64,000 bases of DNA from Candidatus Cloacimonadota bacterium (GTDB lineage: Bacteria; Cloacimonadota; Cloacimonadia; Cloacimonadales; TCS61). Of the stretch, positions 1 through 10,600 are shown one piece after another. Under the pieces are notes generated by a model. That model worked only from the letters and a program-made list of their open reading frames with translations. It was not told where the DNA came from and did no database searches. Positions within the stretch are counted from its first letter, which is position 1. Each line of letters begins with the position of its first letter. A program made the position numbers and the translations under genes. The stretch is from NCBI GenBank assembly GCA_023137125.1, contig JAGLPW010000098.1, forward strand, positions 13,751 to 77,750, in the 5' to 3' direction.

Positions 1-53
1 TATTATCCAACATCTATTTAAAAAATTTATCCAATAATTCCTAATAGTTGTTT

Positions 54-130
54 ATTCATTTTAATGAATTTTTTAATGACTAGGCAAGGATATAACCATC
101 AAATATCTCCTGACATTCATTTTAATGAAT
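54..130. promoter_or_regulatory. Two identical 16-bp perfect palindromes ATTCATTTTAATGAAT (54-69 and 115-130), 61 bp apart, just beyond the hipT stop
   Basis: Read directly from the sequence. The same core (TTCATTnnAATGAA) recurs in front of hipB with the same 61-bp spacing. Probably an operator pair for an HTH repressor. On the minus strand an ATG at position 12 opens a frame that leaves the window. Confidence 0.45.
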
Positions 131-136
131 ATTTCA

Positions 137-1108
137 TCAAAATTTTTCTGTCATTGCCTTCAATCTATCCAGATAGATTTCTAAGTATTTTTCCTTCCCT
201 TCTGAGCTTAAAAAGGATTGTGAAATCAATTTTTCTACCTTCTCTCTTTTACCTGGAAATTCTAAGATCATCTTTTTTACTCTATTGGATTTAATTTTAT
301 AAAACTCACCCAATTTAATAAAATCTTCAAATCCACAAAAGCCATTATTCTTATAATGTTCAGTCTCAAAATCTTCAAACATATCCAATGCCATTCTGCT
401 TTCATTAGGAAAATGGATATTCGTATTAAGCAGATCATATGCCGGAGAAAGCACAAAATCACTATTGATTGTTTCTATAAGTGAAAAATTTTTCAAATGT
501 GCATCACCATTACCAAAAATATAGTTAAACAGAACTAGTTTAAATAACTTTTCAATCTCGATCTTGGGTGCAGCACAATGATCATGTATAATTTTTCCTA
601 TCTCTTCATAACTAGTTTCATATTTAAAATTGGGACCATCTGACTCCGGTGAAATTCCACCAATTTGACAAAAATCCTCCTGACGAAATTTCTGCCCTTC
701 TCTACGATCAAAACGTTTGGTAATGTAGGCTGATTCACCATCAACAAAATTTATTAAAGCATTTTCTGCTGTTTGAATTTTAAAAATCTGCTTTGCGATC
801 TGCATGGTCAAATGTTCATTAGCAGGAATATCAGCCTGCAAATATTCTATATCTGTATTGGGAACAGGTTTAAGAATATATTCTCCTTCCCTTGTAGTAG
901 GAATCAGATTCTTTCCTGATAATTTTAGGGAGATCTTATCCTGAACTCCTGAAATGGAGAAATGATCGATCTTTTGGTAACGGATAGTTTGAAATTCAGT
1001 TTTTTTTAAATTCAAAATCGGAGATTTTCCCTTAAACATCTTCCGTAGACAGGCATTGCAATATACTTTGTTTTCTACTTGTTTTAAACACCCCATGCAC
1101 ACTCTCAT
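137..1108 (-). CDS. hipT: HipT-type short HipA-family Ser/Thr kinase toxin
   Basis: 323 aa. Carries the HipA kinase core motif GNGDAHLKNFSL and the Gly-rich loop HFSISGVQDK with an S-I-S double serine. The N-terminus has CxxC-x9-CxxC (CMGC...CNAC). It lacks the HipA N-terminal subdomain, which is encoded by the preceding ORF. ATGA start/stop overlap with that ORF. Confidence 0.85.
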   Translation of the reverse strand: MRVCMGCLKQVENKVYCNACLRKMFKGKSPILNLKKTEFQTIRYQKIDHFSISGVQDKISLKLSGKNLIPTTREGEYILKPVPNTDIEYLQADIPANEHLTMQIAKQIFKIQTAENALINFVDGESAYITKRFDRREGQKFRQEDFCQIGGISPESDGPNFKYETSYEEIGKIIHDHCAAPKIEIEKLFKLVLFNYIFGNGDAHLKNFSLIETINSDFVLSPAYDLLNTNIHFPNESRMALDMFEDFETEHYKNNGFCGFEDFIKLGEFYKIKSNRVKKMILEFPGKREKVEKLISQSFLSSEGKEKYLEIYLDRLKAMTEKF

Positions 1109-1422
1109 TTTATTTCCTCAATGATCACACATCCTATTGTATCTACGGTTGCAGTTTTAATAAGCCTAGTAAAATAATCTTTCTCATCAATCTTCAGTTT
1201 ACGAGATTGAATTTTGGTAGCAAAACCTTCCGTTAGCAGTCCGTGAAAAAAAGGGAAAAGCTGTTTAGAGTGAAATTCTTTTTTGCTTTTTGGTAAAGAA
1301 AGACTGATCGATTTGGCAGAATGATCTGATAGATAAGATTCATTATATTGAAAATTATATCCAGAATCTGTTTTCTCTAGGATTCCCGCTAGACGTTGTC
1401 TGAAATAGACATTTGCTTTCAT
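1105..1422 (-). CDS. hipS: HipS-like protein (free-standing HipA N-terminal subdomain)
   Basis: 105 aa. Resembles the HipA N-terminal domain (LFPFFHGLLTEG, compare the HipA LPPFFxNLLPEG segment). Sits between an HTH gene and the kinase with 1-nt and 4-nt overlaps. Confidence 0.75.
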   Translation of the reverse strand: MKANVYFRQRLAGILEKTDSGYNFQYNESYLSDHSAKSISLSLPKSKKEFHSKQLFPFFHGLLTEGFATKIQSRKLKIDEKDYFTRLIKTATVDTIGCVIIEEIK

Positions 1423-1631
1423 TATTCTTCACCTTTTACTTTTATGCTGAGTTCCAATCCTAATACATCACACAATCTATGTATCACCTGCAAAGTAGGG
1501 TTTCCCTTACCCGATTCAATATCGCTGATAGTATGCAATGCTACTTCTGAAATTTCACTCAGATCTTCTTGATTGATCTTCAATATCTTACGCCGATCCT
1601 TGATTATGCTACTAAATTCTTTTTTATTCAT
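1422..1631 (-). CDS. hipB: XRE/Cro-type helix-turn-helix protein (HipB-like)
   Basis: The sequence INQEDLSEISEVALHTISDIESGKGNPTLQVIHRLCDVLGLEL is a classic HTH_3 pattern. I place the start at the ATG at 1631 (MNKKEF, 69 aa), which has a GAGG Shine-Dalgarno. The longer tracked ORF (to 1697) would run through the operator palindrome. Confidence 0.8.
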   Translation of the reverse strand: MNKKEFSSIIKDRRKILKINQEDLSEISEVALHTISDIESGKGNPTLQVIHRLCDVLGLELSIKVKGEE

Positions 1632-1644
1632 CGTTACCTCTTTT

Positions 1645-1719
1645 TTCATTAAAATGAATATCTTAGTATAATATATAATATTACTGGATAAATGCAAGTT
1701 ATTTTTTCGTTTTAATGAA
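1645..1719. promoter_or_regulatory. Operator-like palindrome pair upstream of hipB: TTCATTAAAATGAA (1645-1658) and TTCGTTTTAATGAA (1706-1719), 61 bp apart
   Basis: Read directly. Lies in the hipB 5' region. Related to the palindromes at 54-130 and has identical spacing. Confidence 0.5.
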
Positions 1720-1775
1720 TATATTGCTGTTGCTTAAATTGAAGAGTAGATAATATAAGGATAAAAACAAATACT

Positions 1776-1808
1776 AAAAAAAGCTACAGATCATTGATCT
1801 GTCTTTTT
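1776..1808 (-). terminator. Rho-independent terminator (stem ACAGATC/GATCTGT, loop ATT, flanked by A- and T-runs)
   Basis: Perfect 7-bp stem. The minus-strand reading is followed by a T-run (AGCTTTTTTT). Lies downstream of the 1838-2566 gene. Confidence 0.7.
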
Positions 1809-1837
1809 CCTCATTCAAGTTTAAATGAGGAAATTTC

Positions 1838-2566
1838 TTACAAATTATAGCTTTCAATAATTTTTAGAACAAAACTGTAGAAGCAATATATCATCCCCAT
1901 TTTTAGGATCCCCTCAAAATATGGGATTACACTTATAGAGTTTCCGCTCATCATCAAATATCTTCCAACAAACGCAAAGATGAAGTAGACTGGAACTAAT
2001 AAAATAATTAATGAGAGATAGCGATTTATGAAGAATTTAGGGCTTACGCTCTTGATATTTTTTATTAAATTATTGAACACAAAGATAAACACTACCGTAC
2101 CGATCAAGGCCAGCGGAATATAGACAAGAAGCCAGGAATGACCAAGATGTTCAACATTTATTTTATCTAATAGGGTTGTAGTATCTTCAATTTTCTTACC
2201 TAGCTGTTCCCGCAGTAAGAGTATTTCATCTGCAGAAAGAATAAATGCTATCACACTGAATAATCTGATAAACCATTGCCGGGTTGAACTAATCTTTAAT
2301 TTTTCTCTATCCCCCCAGCCTATTAAAAAGAAACCGGAAGCAATGATCAACATCATAAAGCTGATGAACCAGGTTGCTAGGGAAAGATCATGTGTATAAT
2401 CCAATTGATAAAATACACCATGTATTATCCACATTAGCACTCCCCTATCTTTTACTAGGATAAGCTGAAAACCAAAAAAATATGACATAAAAGAAAAAAT
2501 AATGATCATGAGAATAACAAGAAGGATCGGTGTTTTCATTAATAATAAGAATTCTCTAAACTTCAT
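1838..2566 (-). CDS. Multi-pass integral membrane protein, function unknown
   Basis: 242 aa with about 7 hydrophobic segments. I recognise no family motif. Confidence 0.6.
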   Translation of the reverse strand: MKFREFLLLMKTPILLVILMIIIFSFMSYFFGFQLILVKDRGVLMWIIHGVFYQLDYTHDLSLATWFISFMMLIIASGFFLIGWGDREKLKISSTRQWFIRLFSVIAFILSADEILLLREQLGKKIEDTTTLLDKINVEHLGHSWLLVYIPLALIGTVVFIFVFNNLIKNIKSVSPKFFINRYLSLIILLVPVYFIFAFVGRYLMMSGNSISVIPYFEGILKMGMIYCFYSFVLKIIESYNL

Positions 2567-2593
2567 TTCAATTGCTCCTTTGGTATATTCTCT

Positions 2594-3820
2594 TTAGTGT
2601 GTAGGAACTACAGCTCTGAATAACTCCATTGAACCTTCGATGGAATATTCAGAGATCGCGAACGGGATAAAAATAGATTCTCCCGACTTTAATTCAAGAG
2701 AGAACTGTGACCATTTTATTGACCCCTTTCCTTCTGTACATAGGATGATCTCAGCACTTGAGAAATTCATATTTACAAAAGATTCATCATCTCTTATTAC
2801 AATTTTCGAAAGCTGAAATTCTTTGGCAGATGTTTGATAAATATTTTCATTATTACCTATTTTCGGTTCGACCTTTTTTAAGCCGATATGATCAAAATTG
2901 AGTATCTTTACCAATTCCGGCAGATCAACTTTTTTGGGGGTTAACCCACCGCGCAATACATTATCCGAATTTACCATAATCTCTACACCGCAACCATTTA
3001 AATAGGAATGAAGTACTCCTGCCTCTATGAATAATGCTTCTCCCGGCTTAAGTTTTACTACATTTAAAAAGAGGGGAGAAAAAACTCCCATATCAGTAGG
3101 ATAGATCGCTGCCAGTCTTGTCATCCATCTAAATATTATAGCTTCATGATCATCTCTTGGTTCAAATTCTACAAGCTTATTTATCAAAATACTAACCATT
3201 TTAGTTTGATTATCATTGTGTTTACTCATTAGTTCCAAGAACATTCTTTTCAAATTTCGGGTGCAAGGATCTGTTTCTAGTTCTTTTATGCCAGGAATTT
3301 GATCTTCTAGTTGTAAATATTTAATTCTCTCGACTATCTCTTTGATTGGTTGGAATCCGCACATAGCATCAAAATTGGTTAAAGCACAAATAAGTTCCGG
3401 TTTATGATTATCGTCTTTATAAGTTCTCTCGGGAGAGTTGAGGGGAATATTTTTTTTATTCTCAAGTTTAAAACCTTTAACAGCTTGAGTTTTACTGGGA
3501 TGGGCTTGAATGGAGAGTGGGCTGGCTGCAGCTAACACCTTAAACAGAAATGGTAATCTATTGTTGAACTTATCGGCAATTTTCTTTCCCAGCATTTTAT
3601 AAGGATCATCATTAATGATCTCTAACAATGATTTCTCAGATGAATTTATCTTGATGCGTGAAGGTGCAATAGGATGAGCCCCCATCCACAGCTCGGCCTG
3701 TGGTTCCAAAGAAGCTTCATCTCTCCCTTGTAAATGTGAAATAAATGTTTTGGATCCCCAGCTATATTCAAGTATAGAATTTCTCAACTTGAAGATCCTC
3801 AAAGCATCAGTTTCACTCAT
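2594..3820 (-). CDS. manA: Mannose-6-phosphate isomerase, class I
   Basis: 408 aa. Motifs: AELWMGAHP, LSIQAHP, and HSYLNGCGVEIMVNSDNVLRGGLTPK (type I PMI cupin signature). Confidence 0.85.
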   Translation of the reverse strand: MSETDALRIFKLRNSILEYSWGSKTFISHLQGRDEASLEPQAELWMGAHPIAPSRIKINSSEKSLLEIINDDPYKMLGKKIADKFNNRLPFLFKVLAAASPLSIQAHPSKTQAVKGFKLENKKNIPLNSPERTYKDDNHKPELICALTNFDAMCGFQPIKEIVERIKYLQLEDQIPGIKELETDPCTRNLKRMFLELMSKHNDNQTKMVSILINKLVEFEPRDDHEAIIFRWMTRLAAIYPTDMGVFSPLFLNVVKLKPGEALFIEAGVLHSYLNGCGVEIMVNSDNVLRGGLTPKKVDLPELVKILNFDHIGLKKVEPKIGNNENIYQTSAKEFQLSKIVIRDDESFVNMNFSSAEIILCTEGKGSIKWSQFSLELKSGESIFIPFAISEYSIEGSMELFRAVVPTH

Positions 3821-4008
3821 CTAAGCAATCCCCTTAACAAAATTATTTTTCTATTTTAGCAACTTGGCAACACATCAAATCATATACTGTCTATATATTC
3901 TATATCATATAGGTCAACTATAAAATTTATTGTTTTTTAAACACACTACAGCTCTTTTATGAAATCAACAATTTGATATTCATAGAGCAAGACATATTAT
4001 TGTAGTTC

Positions 4009-5925
4009 TTAATTATTCTTAATGGCGATCTGTTTACCCCTTTTTCTGGGGATAGTAAAAAAGAATTTACAACCGGAATTTAGTTTTGATTCTACCCATA
4101 TTTTACCATTATTCATTTCAATGATCTTTTTAACGATAGCCAAACCAACTCCTGCTGTTTCGGTTTCATCGTGGTTATTTAAAGACTTAAATATCTGAAA
4201 AATGTTCTCAAAATATTTTTCTTCAATACCATGACCATTATCTGCCAAACTGAAGACCCATTCTTTTTCATCTTCATGGCAATCAATAACGATCTGTGTC
4301 TTCGGTTTATTCGAGAATTTTATTGAATTCTCGATCAAATTGGAAAATATCTGACTCAATCTATTTTTATTATAAATTACATTGGGAAGTTCAGCACCTA
4401 AAGTAATAGTAATCTTGGGATGAAGGTTCATAGATAGGATCAAGTTATTTAGTAATTCTGTAATATTTACATTATTCAATTGTTCATTTCCTGTTATGTT
4501 GTAATAGAGTGACAATCCTTCAATAAGCTGATGCATTCTCACAGTTTTGCCAATAAGGAGCTTCATATGCTGTTTCCCATCTTCATCAAATTTATCTTCA
4601 TAATCTTTAGATATCCAATTAGCTAACTTGTTTATAGCCTTCAAAGGAGATTTAAGCTCATGTGAAGTAATATAAACAAAATTTCTAAGTTCTTTATTGG
4701 TCAGAGTAAGATCTTCCAATATCAGATTTCTTTGCTTTTCCACTTCTTTCTGCATAGTAATATTTCTCATTGAACCGATAATCTCGATAGGAAGATCGCT
4801 CTTATCTAACATTAATTTAGCAGTAAGAAAACAGGTAACCGGCATACCCTTTTTACCTTTAATAACTATTTCAAAGTCGTTTACATGCTCATCTTTTCTA
4901 AGAGCTTTCAGGAGGCTATTTCCTTGCTCTTTGTTGTAATATAGATCAACAATAGGTTTACCTATAAGCTCATCACGAGTAAGGTCTGAGATATCCTCAA
5001 TTGAAGGGTTGATCTCTATTATTTTCCCGTCAATATCAACTTCGAAATAGATATCCTGAATGTTCTCAAAAAGTCTTTTATAATTCTCTTCGTTATTTAT
5101 CAGTGTTTTCCCGGAATTTTCTTTTTCCGTTAGATCTTTGCAGCAGATAATAATTGCCGCCGGGGCACCATCATCATCATAAACCATATCGGTGCTAATC
5201 TCAGCAATGAATAAAGAACCATCTTTTCGTTTATCTGAGATTCTTATAACTTTTCCCATCCATTTTTGTATATTTTTCTTAGTAAATTTTGTGCGAACAA
5301 GATCTATGGTAAGTTTAGAAATATCTTCTCCGATCAGTTCAATTTGTGTATATCCATGAATATCTGCATTGGCCTTATTGGTATAGATGATTTTCCCATC
5401 CAGATCTGTCATGGTAACACCTAACCTCATTTTTTCGATAGCATTCTTAAGATTATTAAAGTCAGCTTTCGTGTTCTTCAGCTGTTCAATTTCATAGGTC
5501 AGATTTCTATTGACCACAGTCAATTTTTTAGTTTTTTCTGCAATTATGTTATTCATAGATGCCAGTTCTCTCTCAAGATTCCTCTTAAGGAAAAACCGTT
5601 CTCTTGTGTTGAAGTAAGCAATGATGAAGAAATTAATGAGGGCGATTAAGAATATTCCTAACACGATCTGAAAAAAATTACCTGCCAATAAACCAGGATA
5701 ATTAAGACCCAGCCGCTTGAAGGTTCGTTTAAACTTCTCAGAGATGGTTAAATTTTTATCGAGTCTTTCGGAATCATCTGTTTCAGTGATATTTTCGATC
5801 GAAATGGAATCAATCTTGTTTACTGATTTTATAATATCTTCAATATCCGAATCAGCAGAAAGGGTGATCAGTGAAATCTGAAAAACTATAATGGACAATA
5901 ATATTCTTATGATATTTTTCAACAT
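4009..5925 (-). CDS. Sensor histidine kinase with signal/TM segments, coiled coil, two PAS-like domains, HisKA and HATPase_c
   Basis: 638 aa. H-box ITSHELKSPL. N/G boxes NLIENSIKF, DNGHGI, GVGLAIVKKI. No adjacent response regulator. Confidence 0.85.
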   Translation of the reverse strand: MLKNIIRILLSIIVFQISLITLSADSDIEDIIKSVNKIDSISIENITETDDSERLDKNLTISEKFKRTFKRLGLNYPGLLAGNFFQIVLGIFLIALINFFIIAYFNTRERFFLKRNLERELASMNNIIAEKTKKLTVVNRNLTYEIEQLKNTKADFNNLKNAIEKMRLGVTMTDLDGKIIYTNKANADIHGYTQIELIGEDISKLTIDLVRTKFTKKNIQKWMGKVIRISDKRKDGSLFIAEISTDMVYDDDGAPAAIIICCKDLTEKENSGKTLINNEENYKRLFENIQDIYFEVDIDGKIIEINPSIEDISDLTRDELIGKPIVDLYYNKEQGNSLLKALRKDEHVNDFEIVIKGKKGMPVTCFLTAKLMLDKSDLPIEIIGSMRNITMQKEVEKQRNLILEDLTLTNKELRNFVYITSHELKSPLKAINKLANWISKDYEDKFDEDGKQHMKLLIGKTVRMHQLIEGLSLYYNITGNEQLNNVNITELLNNLILSMNLHPKITITLGAELPNVIYNKNRLSQIFSNLIENSIKFSNKPKTQIVIDCHEDEKEWVFSLADNGHGIEEKYFENIFQIFKSLNNHDETETAGVGLAIVKKIIEMNNGKIWVESKLNSGCKFFFTIPRKRGKQIAIKNN

Positions 5926-6069
5926 TGATCATTCCTTTTATATTATGGCTTTATATTTCGCTTAGCGATGAATAACCGTCAAGCATAACTATTATATTTT
6001 CATAGAACACTAACATATAGCTATAATTGTAAATCTGCTAGAAACAGCACAGTTATACCAATAATGCTC

Positions 6070-6100
6070 AAAAAATAGGACCCGGCAAAAACCGGGTCCT
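6070..6100 (-). terminator. Rho-independent terminator (GGACCCGG CAAAAA CCGGGTCC)
   Basis: Perfect 8-bp GC-rich stem. The minus-strand reading is followed by TATTTTTT. Lies 27 nt downstream of the OmpA-family gene. Confidence 0.8.
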
Positions 6101-6126
6101 ATAAAGTGCAGATTATTTATTATGTA

Positions 6127-7647
6127 TTACTTTGTTCTAAAGAACTCAATACGTCTATTTTTTGCACGTCCAGCTTTTGTTTTGTTTGAAGTTACAGGAT
6201 GATCTGGACCTAAACCTATGGCACGTAATCTGTGCTCTTTAATTCCCTGATTGATCAGATAACGGCGAACAGATTCCGCTCTTTTTCTGGAGAGCTTCAT
6301 ATTTAGTGATCTGGAACCAGAACTATCGGTATGGCCACTGATCTCAAGATACATTTCTTTGTAATCTTGCAAAGTTCTAACAACTTTGCCTAATACATTC
6401 TTTGCACCATCAGTCAGTTCAGAACTTCCAACCTTAAAGTTCACACCATCGAGAACAATAGGTGATTTCTTCTCAAAAATGATTTCCGGTTTCTTGTCGG
6501 GACAACCATCATCATCCATGAAGCCATTAAACGTCTCTGGTTCTAACGGACACTTGTCATCTCCATCCATGAAACCATCACCGTCTGTATCTGCATTTTT
6601 CGGGTCAGTCTGATGAATGAATACCTCATCACCATCATTCAACCCATCACTATCCGTATCAACTGAGTTAGGATCAGTCATGTAGTTATTAACCTCATCA
6701 CCATCACTTAAGCTGTCAGCATCCGTATCAACCGAGATAGGATCAGTATGGTATGTATAAACTTCTTCATAATCATTAACGCCATCCATATCAGTATCGG
6801 CTACATTAGGATCTGTTCCTGTACTGTCTGCACTGATAAATACACCTGTATTTGTTTCAACTGAATCTGCCAATCCATCAGCATCATTATCGTAATCAGG
6901 ACAGCCATCTTCATCTTCGAAATCATCAAAATCCTCAGGAATGAATGGACACTTATCGAGTTTATCTTCAATTTCATCACCATCGGAATCTCTCCAGCCA
7001 CCAAAACGCAGAGTGAAGCCAAAACCTGCTGACAGATTACCTGATTGGACATCGCCTCTGGCAAGAGAACCTGTAGATTCACCGGACATATCTTGATCCT
7101 GGTTAAATATTCTTTGATATTTTACTCCGAAATCGAATGCAACAGTACGAGAAATCTCCCATTCAATACCACCACCAACATTAGCTATAAAATTATTTCC
7201 CGATGTGATCTCAGTACCGGTATCGGTATTTTCACAATTCCACATCATTACGCCCATTCCTGCAGTGATATATGGGATCCAGTTCTGATCTTTGATCAGA
7301 TTATAACGCCCAAAAACAGAGATAGGGATAAATGATGTCTTAAAAGGAGCATCCTCTTTGGAAACCAAATGGCTCATCACCTCTAAAACTTGATCTTTAT
7401 CACGCACTGTAACAAAACCATAGCCAGCTTCAATGCCAATCCCGATTTTACGAGTAATATAATATCCACAGTTGAATTCCCCTAAAATCCTTACTGAACT
7501 GTCATCCACTTCTCCACCGATCAATTTGGTAGCATTGCCATGCAGCCCTGTAAATATTTGTCTTTGAAAAATTTGAGCAAAAACATTACTGCTCATCAAA
7601 ACCATCATAGAAATAAAAACTAACAAAATTTTTGTTTTCTTTGTCAT
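6127..7647 (-). CDS. OmpA-family outer-membrane protein with thrombospondin type-3-like Ca-binding repeats
   Basis: 506 aa. Signal peptide, N-terminal beta-barrel-like region, D-rich repeats (DTDxDGxxDxxE repeated) and a C-terminal OmpA domain (GHTDSSGS...NMKLSRKRAESV). Confidence 0.85.
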   Translation of the reverse strand: MTKKTKILLVFISMMVLMSSNVFAQIFQRQIFTGLHGNATKLIGGEVDDSSVRILGEFNCGYYITRKIGIGIEAGYGFVTVRDKDQVLEVMSHLVSKEDAPFKTSFIPISVFGRYNLIKDQNWIPYITAGMGVMMWNCENTDTGTEITSGNNFIANVGGGIEWEISRTVAFDFGVKYQRIFNQDQDMSGESTGSLARGDVQSGNLSAGFGFTLRFGGWRDSDGDEIEDKLDKCPFIPEDFDDFEDEDGCPDYDNDADGLADSVETNTGVFISADSTGTDPNVADTDMDGVNDYEEVYTYHTDPISVDTDADSLSDGDEVNNYMTDPNSVDTDSDGLNDGDEVFIHQTDPKNADTDGDGFMDGDDKCPLEPETFNGFMDDDGCPDKKPEIIFEKKSPIVLDGVNFKVGSSELTDGAKNVLGKVVRTLQDYKEMYLEISGHTDSSGSRSLNMKLSRKRAESVRRYLINQGIKEHRLRAIGLGPDHPVTSNKTKAGRAKNRRIEFFRTK

Positions 7648-7683
7648 GTACCACTCCTCCTGAATTATATATTTTTCAAATTT

Positions 7684-10600
7684 CTATTTTGCTCCCATAT
7701 CGTTCCTGGAACCATCGGCATCATTATATTCCTCCGCTGGATCTCCGGTATCGATACATGGGGATTCTTCTAATAGATCATAATTTCTATTGGCTGCATC
7801 TTTAAATTTAGGATCAGAATTTATTACTCCCATCTTAAAGAAAAGTGAACCATTATTATTTGTTTTAAAACCATCTTCTGCATTCATAATATTGGAATAA
7901 CTTAAAGCCATTGTAATCTTTCCAAATTTATGGAAACATACTTCTTGAGGAGAGTTGTTCCATAAAATTGAATTAGATATTTTTGGATTTGAGAAACTAT
8001 TGCAATAAATTGCTCCACCAAATTTAGCAGAATTATCGGCAATTGTAAGGTTATGCCAGTAAGAGGTTGAATACTGGGTATATATCCCACCACCATAACC
8101 ATATTCTGTACCAATGACCTCGTTACCTGCTATAACAATTTCGGTGAGTTCCGGGCTTGAATTATAAACATATATCCCTCCACCGAATTCATTGGCTTTA
8201 TTATCTATAATTTCCAATTTGTTAAGAATTGGATTAGAATTACTTAAATAAATTCCACCTCCGTAACCGTGCTTTGTCCCTAAAGAAGAATTATTTTCGA
8301 TCTTCACATTCTCAATTAGAGAGTTGGAATTATAGAGATAGAATCCACCGCCAAATTTCTCTGCATTATTATCTTTTATAATCATATCGCTAATTGTCGG
8401 AGTGGCATTATAAATAAAGATACCGCCTCCACGGGATCCATTTCCGGTTCCATTTTGGATCGTGAAACCGATGAGTTTTGCTTCCTCGGTCTCTTCGCTT
8501 TCAAAATTAACCACACTGCCGGAGCTCTTTCCATCAATAATAGTAGAAGTTATATATGATCTGTCTTCTGTCTCTTGAAATTTAGAGCAGACTGTTATGT
8601 TCTTACCTTCAAAATTTATATTTTCTTTATAGATGCCAGGCTGAACAATTACAACATCTCCCGAGACAGCAAAGTTAATTGCGGATTGAATTGTCGGATG
8701 ATCTTCGGGGACGCGCAATTTTCCAAAATGACATATAGCAGAATATATCTTAGATTCCGGTGAATTATTTCTATTGATATAACTATAAATTCGGTAATAA
8801 TATTTTTCGTGGATATCAATATCTGTATCAGTGTAAGATTCTGAATTTGCAGAGATATTTGCAATTGTTTTAAAATCGGCATTTTCTGTTCTTCTCTGAA
8901 TTTTGAAACCCTCTTCAATATTGCTGTTATCTGTCCAAGCAAGTTTAACCTGTCGATCTGCAATAACCGAAATCTTAAAATCCGAAGGAACGAGCAAGCC
9001 ATAATACTCCGAAACTGTATTTGTATTATGAGAGATATTCATATCTGTAAAGGCGTGAATGCGGTATGAATATTCTACATCGTAATCTAAGTCTTTATCA
9101 ATAAATTCTGTTATGTTTGATTTTACGCTTTTTATCACTCTATAATCAGAGTCGTTTTGGCTTCTCTCGATCTTGTAACCATCCTCAAAATAACAGTTAT
9201 CATTCCAATTCAATTTGATCTTACCGGCAGAGACAATCTCCGCACTTAGATTTGTTGGATGTGGAAATATAGTATTTAAGTATTCAACATTAGAAAAATC
9301 GGAATTGTTGACCGAAGTAGTTGCCTGAACTCTATAATAATAAGTTTTTTCAAACTTTAAGTTATCATCTGTATAAGAAGTTGAATTAGCAGGAAGTTTA
9401 ACAAGAATTTTAAATTCTTCATCCTCTGCTCTCCTTTCTATTTTAATCCCTGTTTCAAATTCACAGTTATCTTCCCAATAAATTGAAGCAGTTCTATCAT
9501 CGAGAATTTCTGAACTCAGATATGAAGGTCCGGGGAAAACTGTTTTTGCCATGATCTCACTTGAATAGTTTGAAGAGTTAGATTTTGTTACTGTTGCAAT
9601 CCGGTAGATATACTGTGTACCATATTTGAGCCCTTCATCCAGATATGAATCTGCTGAAGCTGCGAGTTCTTTGATCAAAACAAAATCTTCCTTTCCTTTC
9701 TTTCTTTCAATTTTGAATCCAGTATCAAATGTACAATTATCCATCCAGGATAATTTTAATGACTGGTCATCTAAAATAAGCACCGAAAGGTAGGTAGGCT
9801 CTGGAAAAATTGTCTTTGCAGATAATATATTGGAGTAGGCAGATTCGGATGCTGTTGTAAAAGCAATTACTCTGTAATTATAGGTTGTGCCAAAAGAGAG
9901 GTTGGAATCTAAGAAGTGTGTAGTATTTGGTTCTAGATCTGCAATTTCTTCAAATTCACCTCCACTTTCCTTTCTTTCCAATCTGTAACCCGTCTCAAAA
10001 GAACAGTTATCTTCCCAATACAATTTAAGTGATTGGTCATCGATATTTTCAGAATAGAGATTCTCGGGACCAGGGAAACCGGTCTTTGTACCGACCTCGT
10101 TAGAATATTCAGATTCATTTACTTTAGAGAGTGCTTTGATCCGATATGTGTATTCATCCCCTAATTGCATATTTTCATCCAGATAATCTCTCTCATCCTT
10201 ATCGAGTTTTATTATTATCTCATACTCTTCATTATTTACTTTCCGCTCAAGAATATACTCATGTGCCAGGGTGGATCTATCTTCCCAATATAGTTTCGCA
10301 GAATGGTCATTTAGGACATCAATATATAATTGTTGGGGTGAAGGAAATAATAATTCTGCCGATGCCGAAGCACTTGGCCGAGATTCATTTATCTCTGTAA
10401 ATGCTTTAATGATATAGATATATGTTTTACCGTCTTCTAATTCAATGTTGATAAAATAACGTGAATTCTTATCTACAATAGCAATTTCTTCAAATTCATC
10501 ATTGCCGGTTTTTCTCTCAATCTTAAATCCACTTTCATATTCATATCCATCATCCCATGTAAGGCGTACAGACTGATCATCTAGAGCTATTACTTTAAAA

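Noticed and set aside
64-294. 76-aa plus-strand ORF at the window start
   Set aside because: It overlaps the 3' end of hipT on the opposite strand and runs over the palindromic operator region. It has no RBS and low-complexity sequence.
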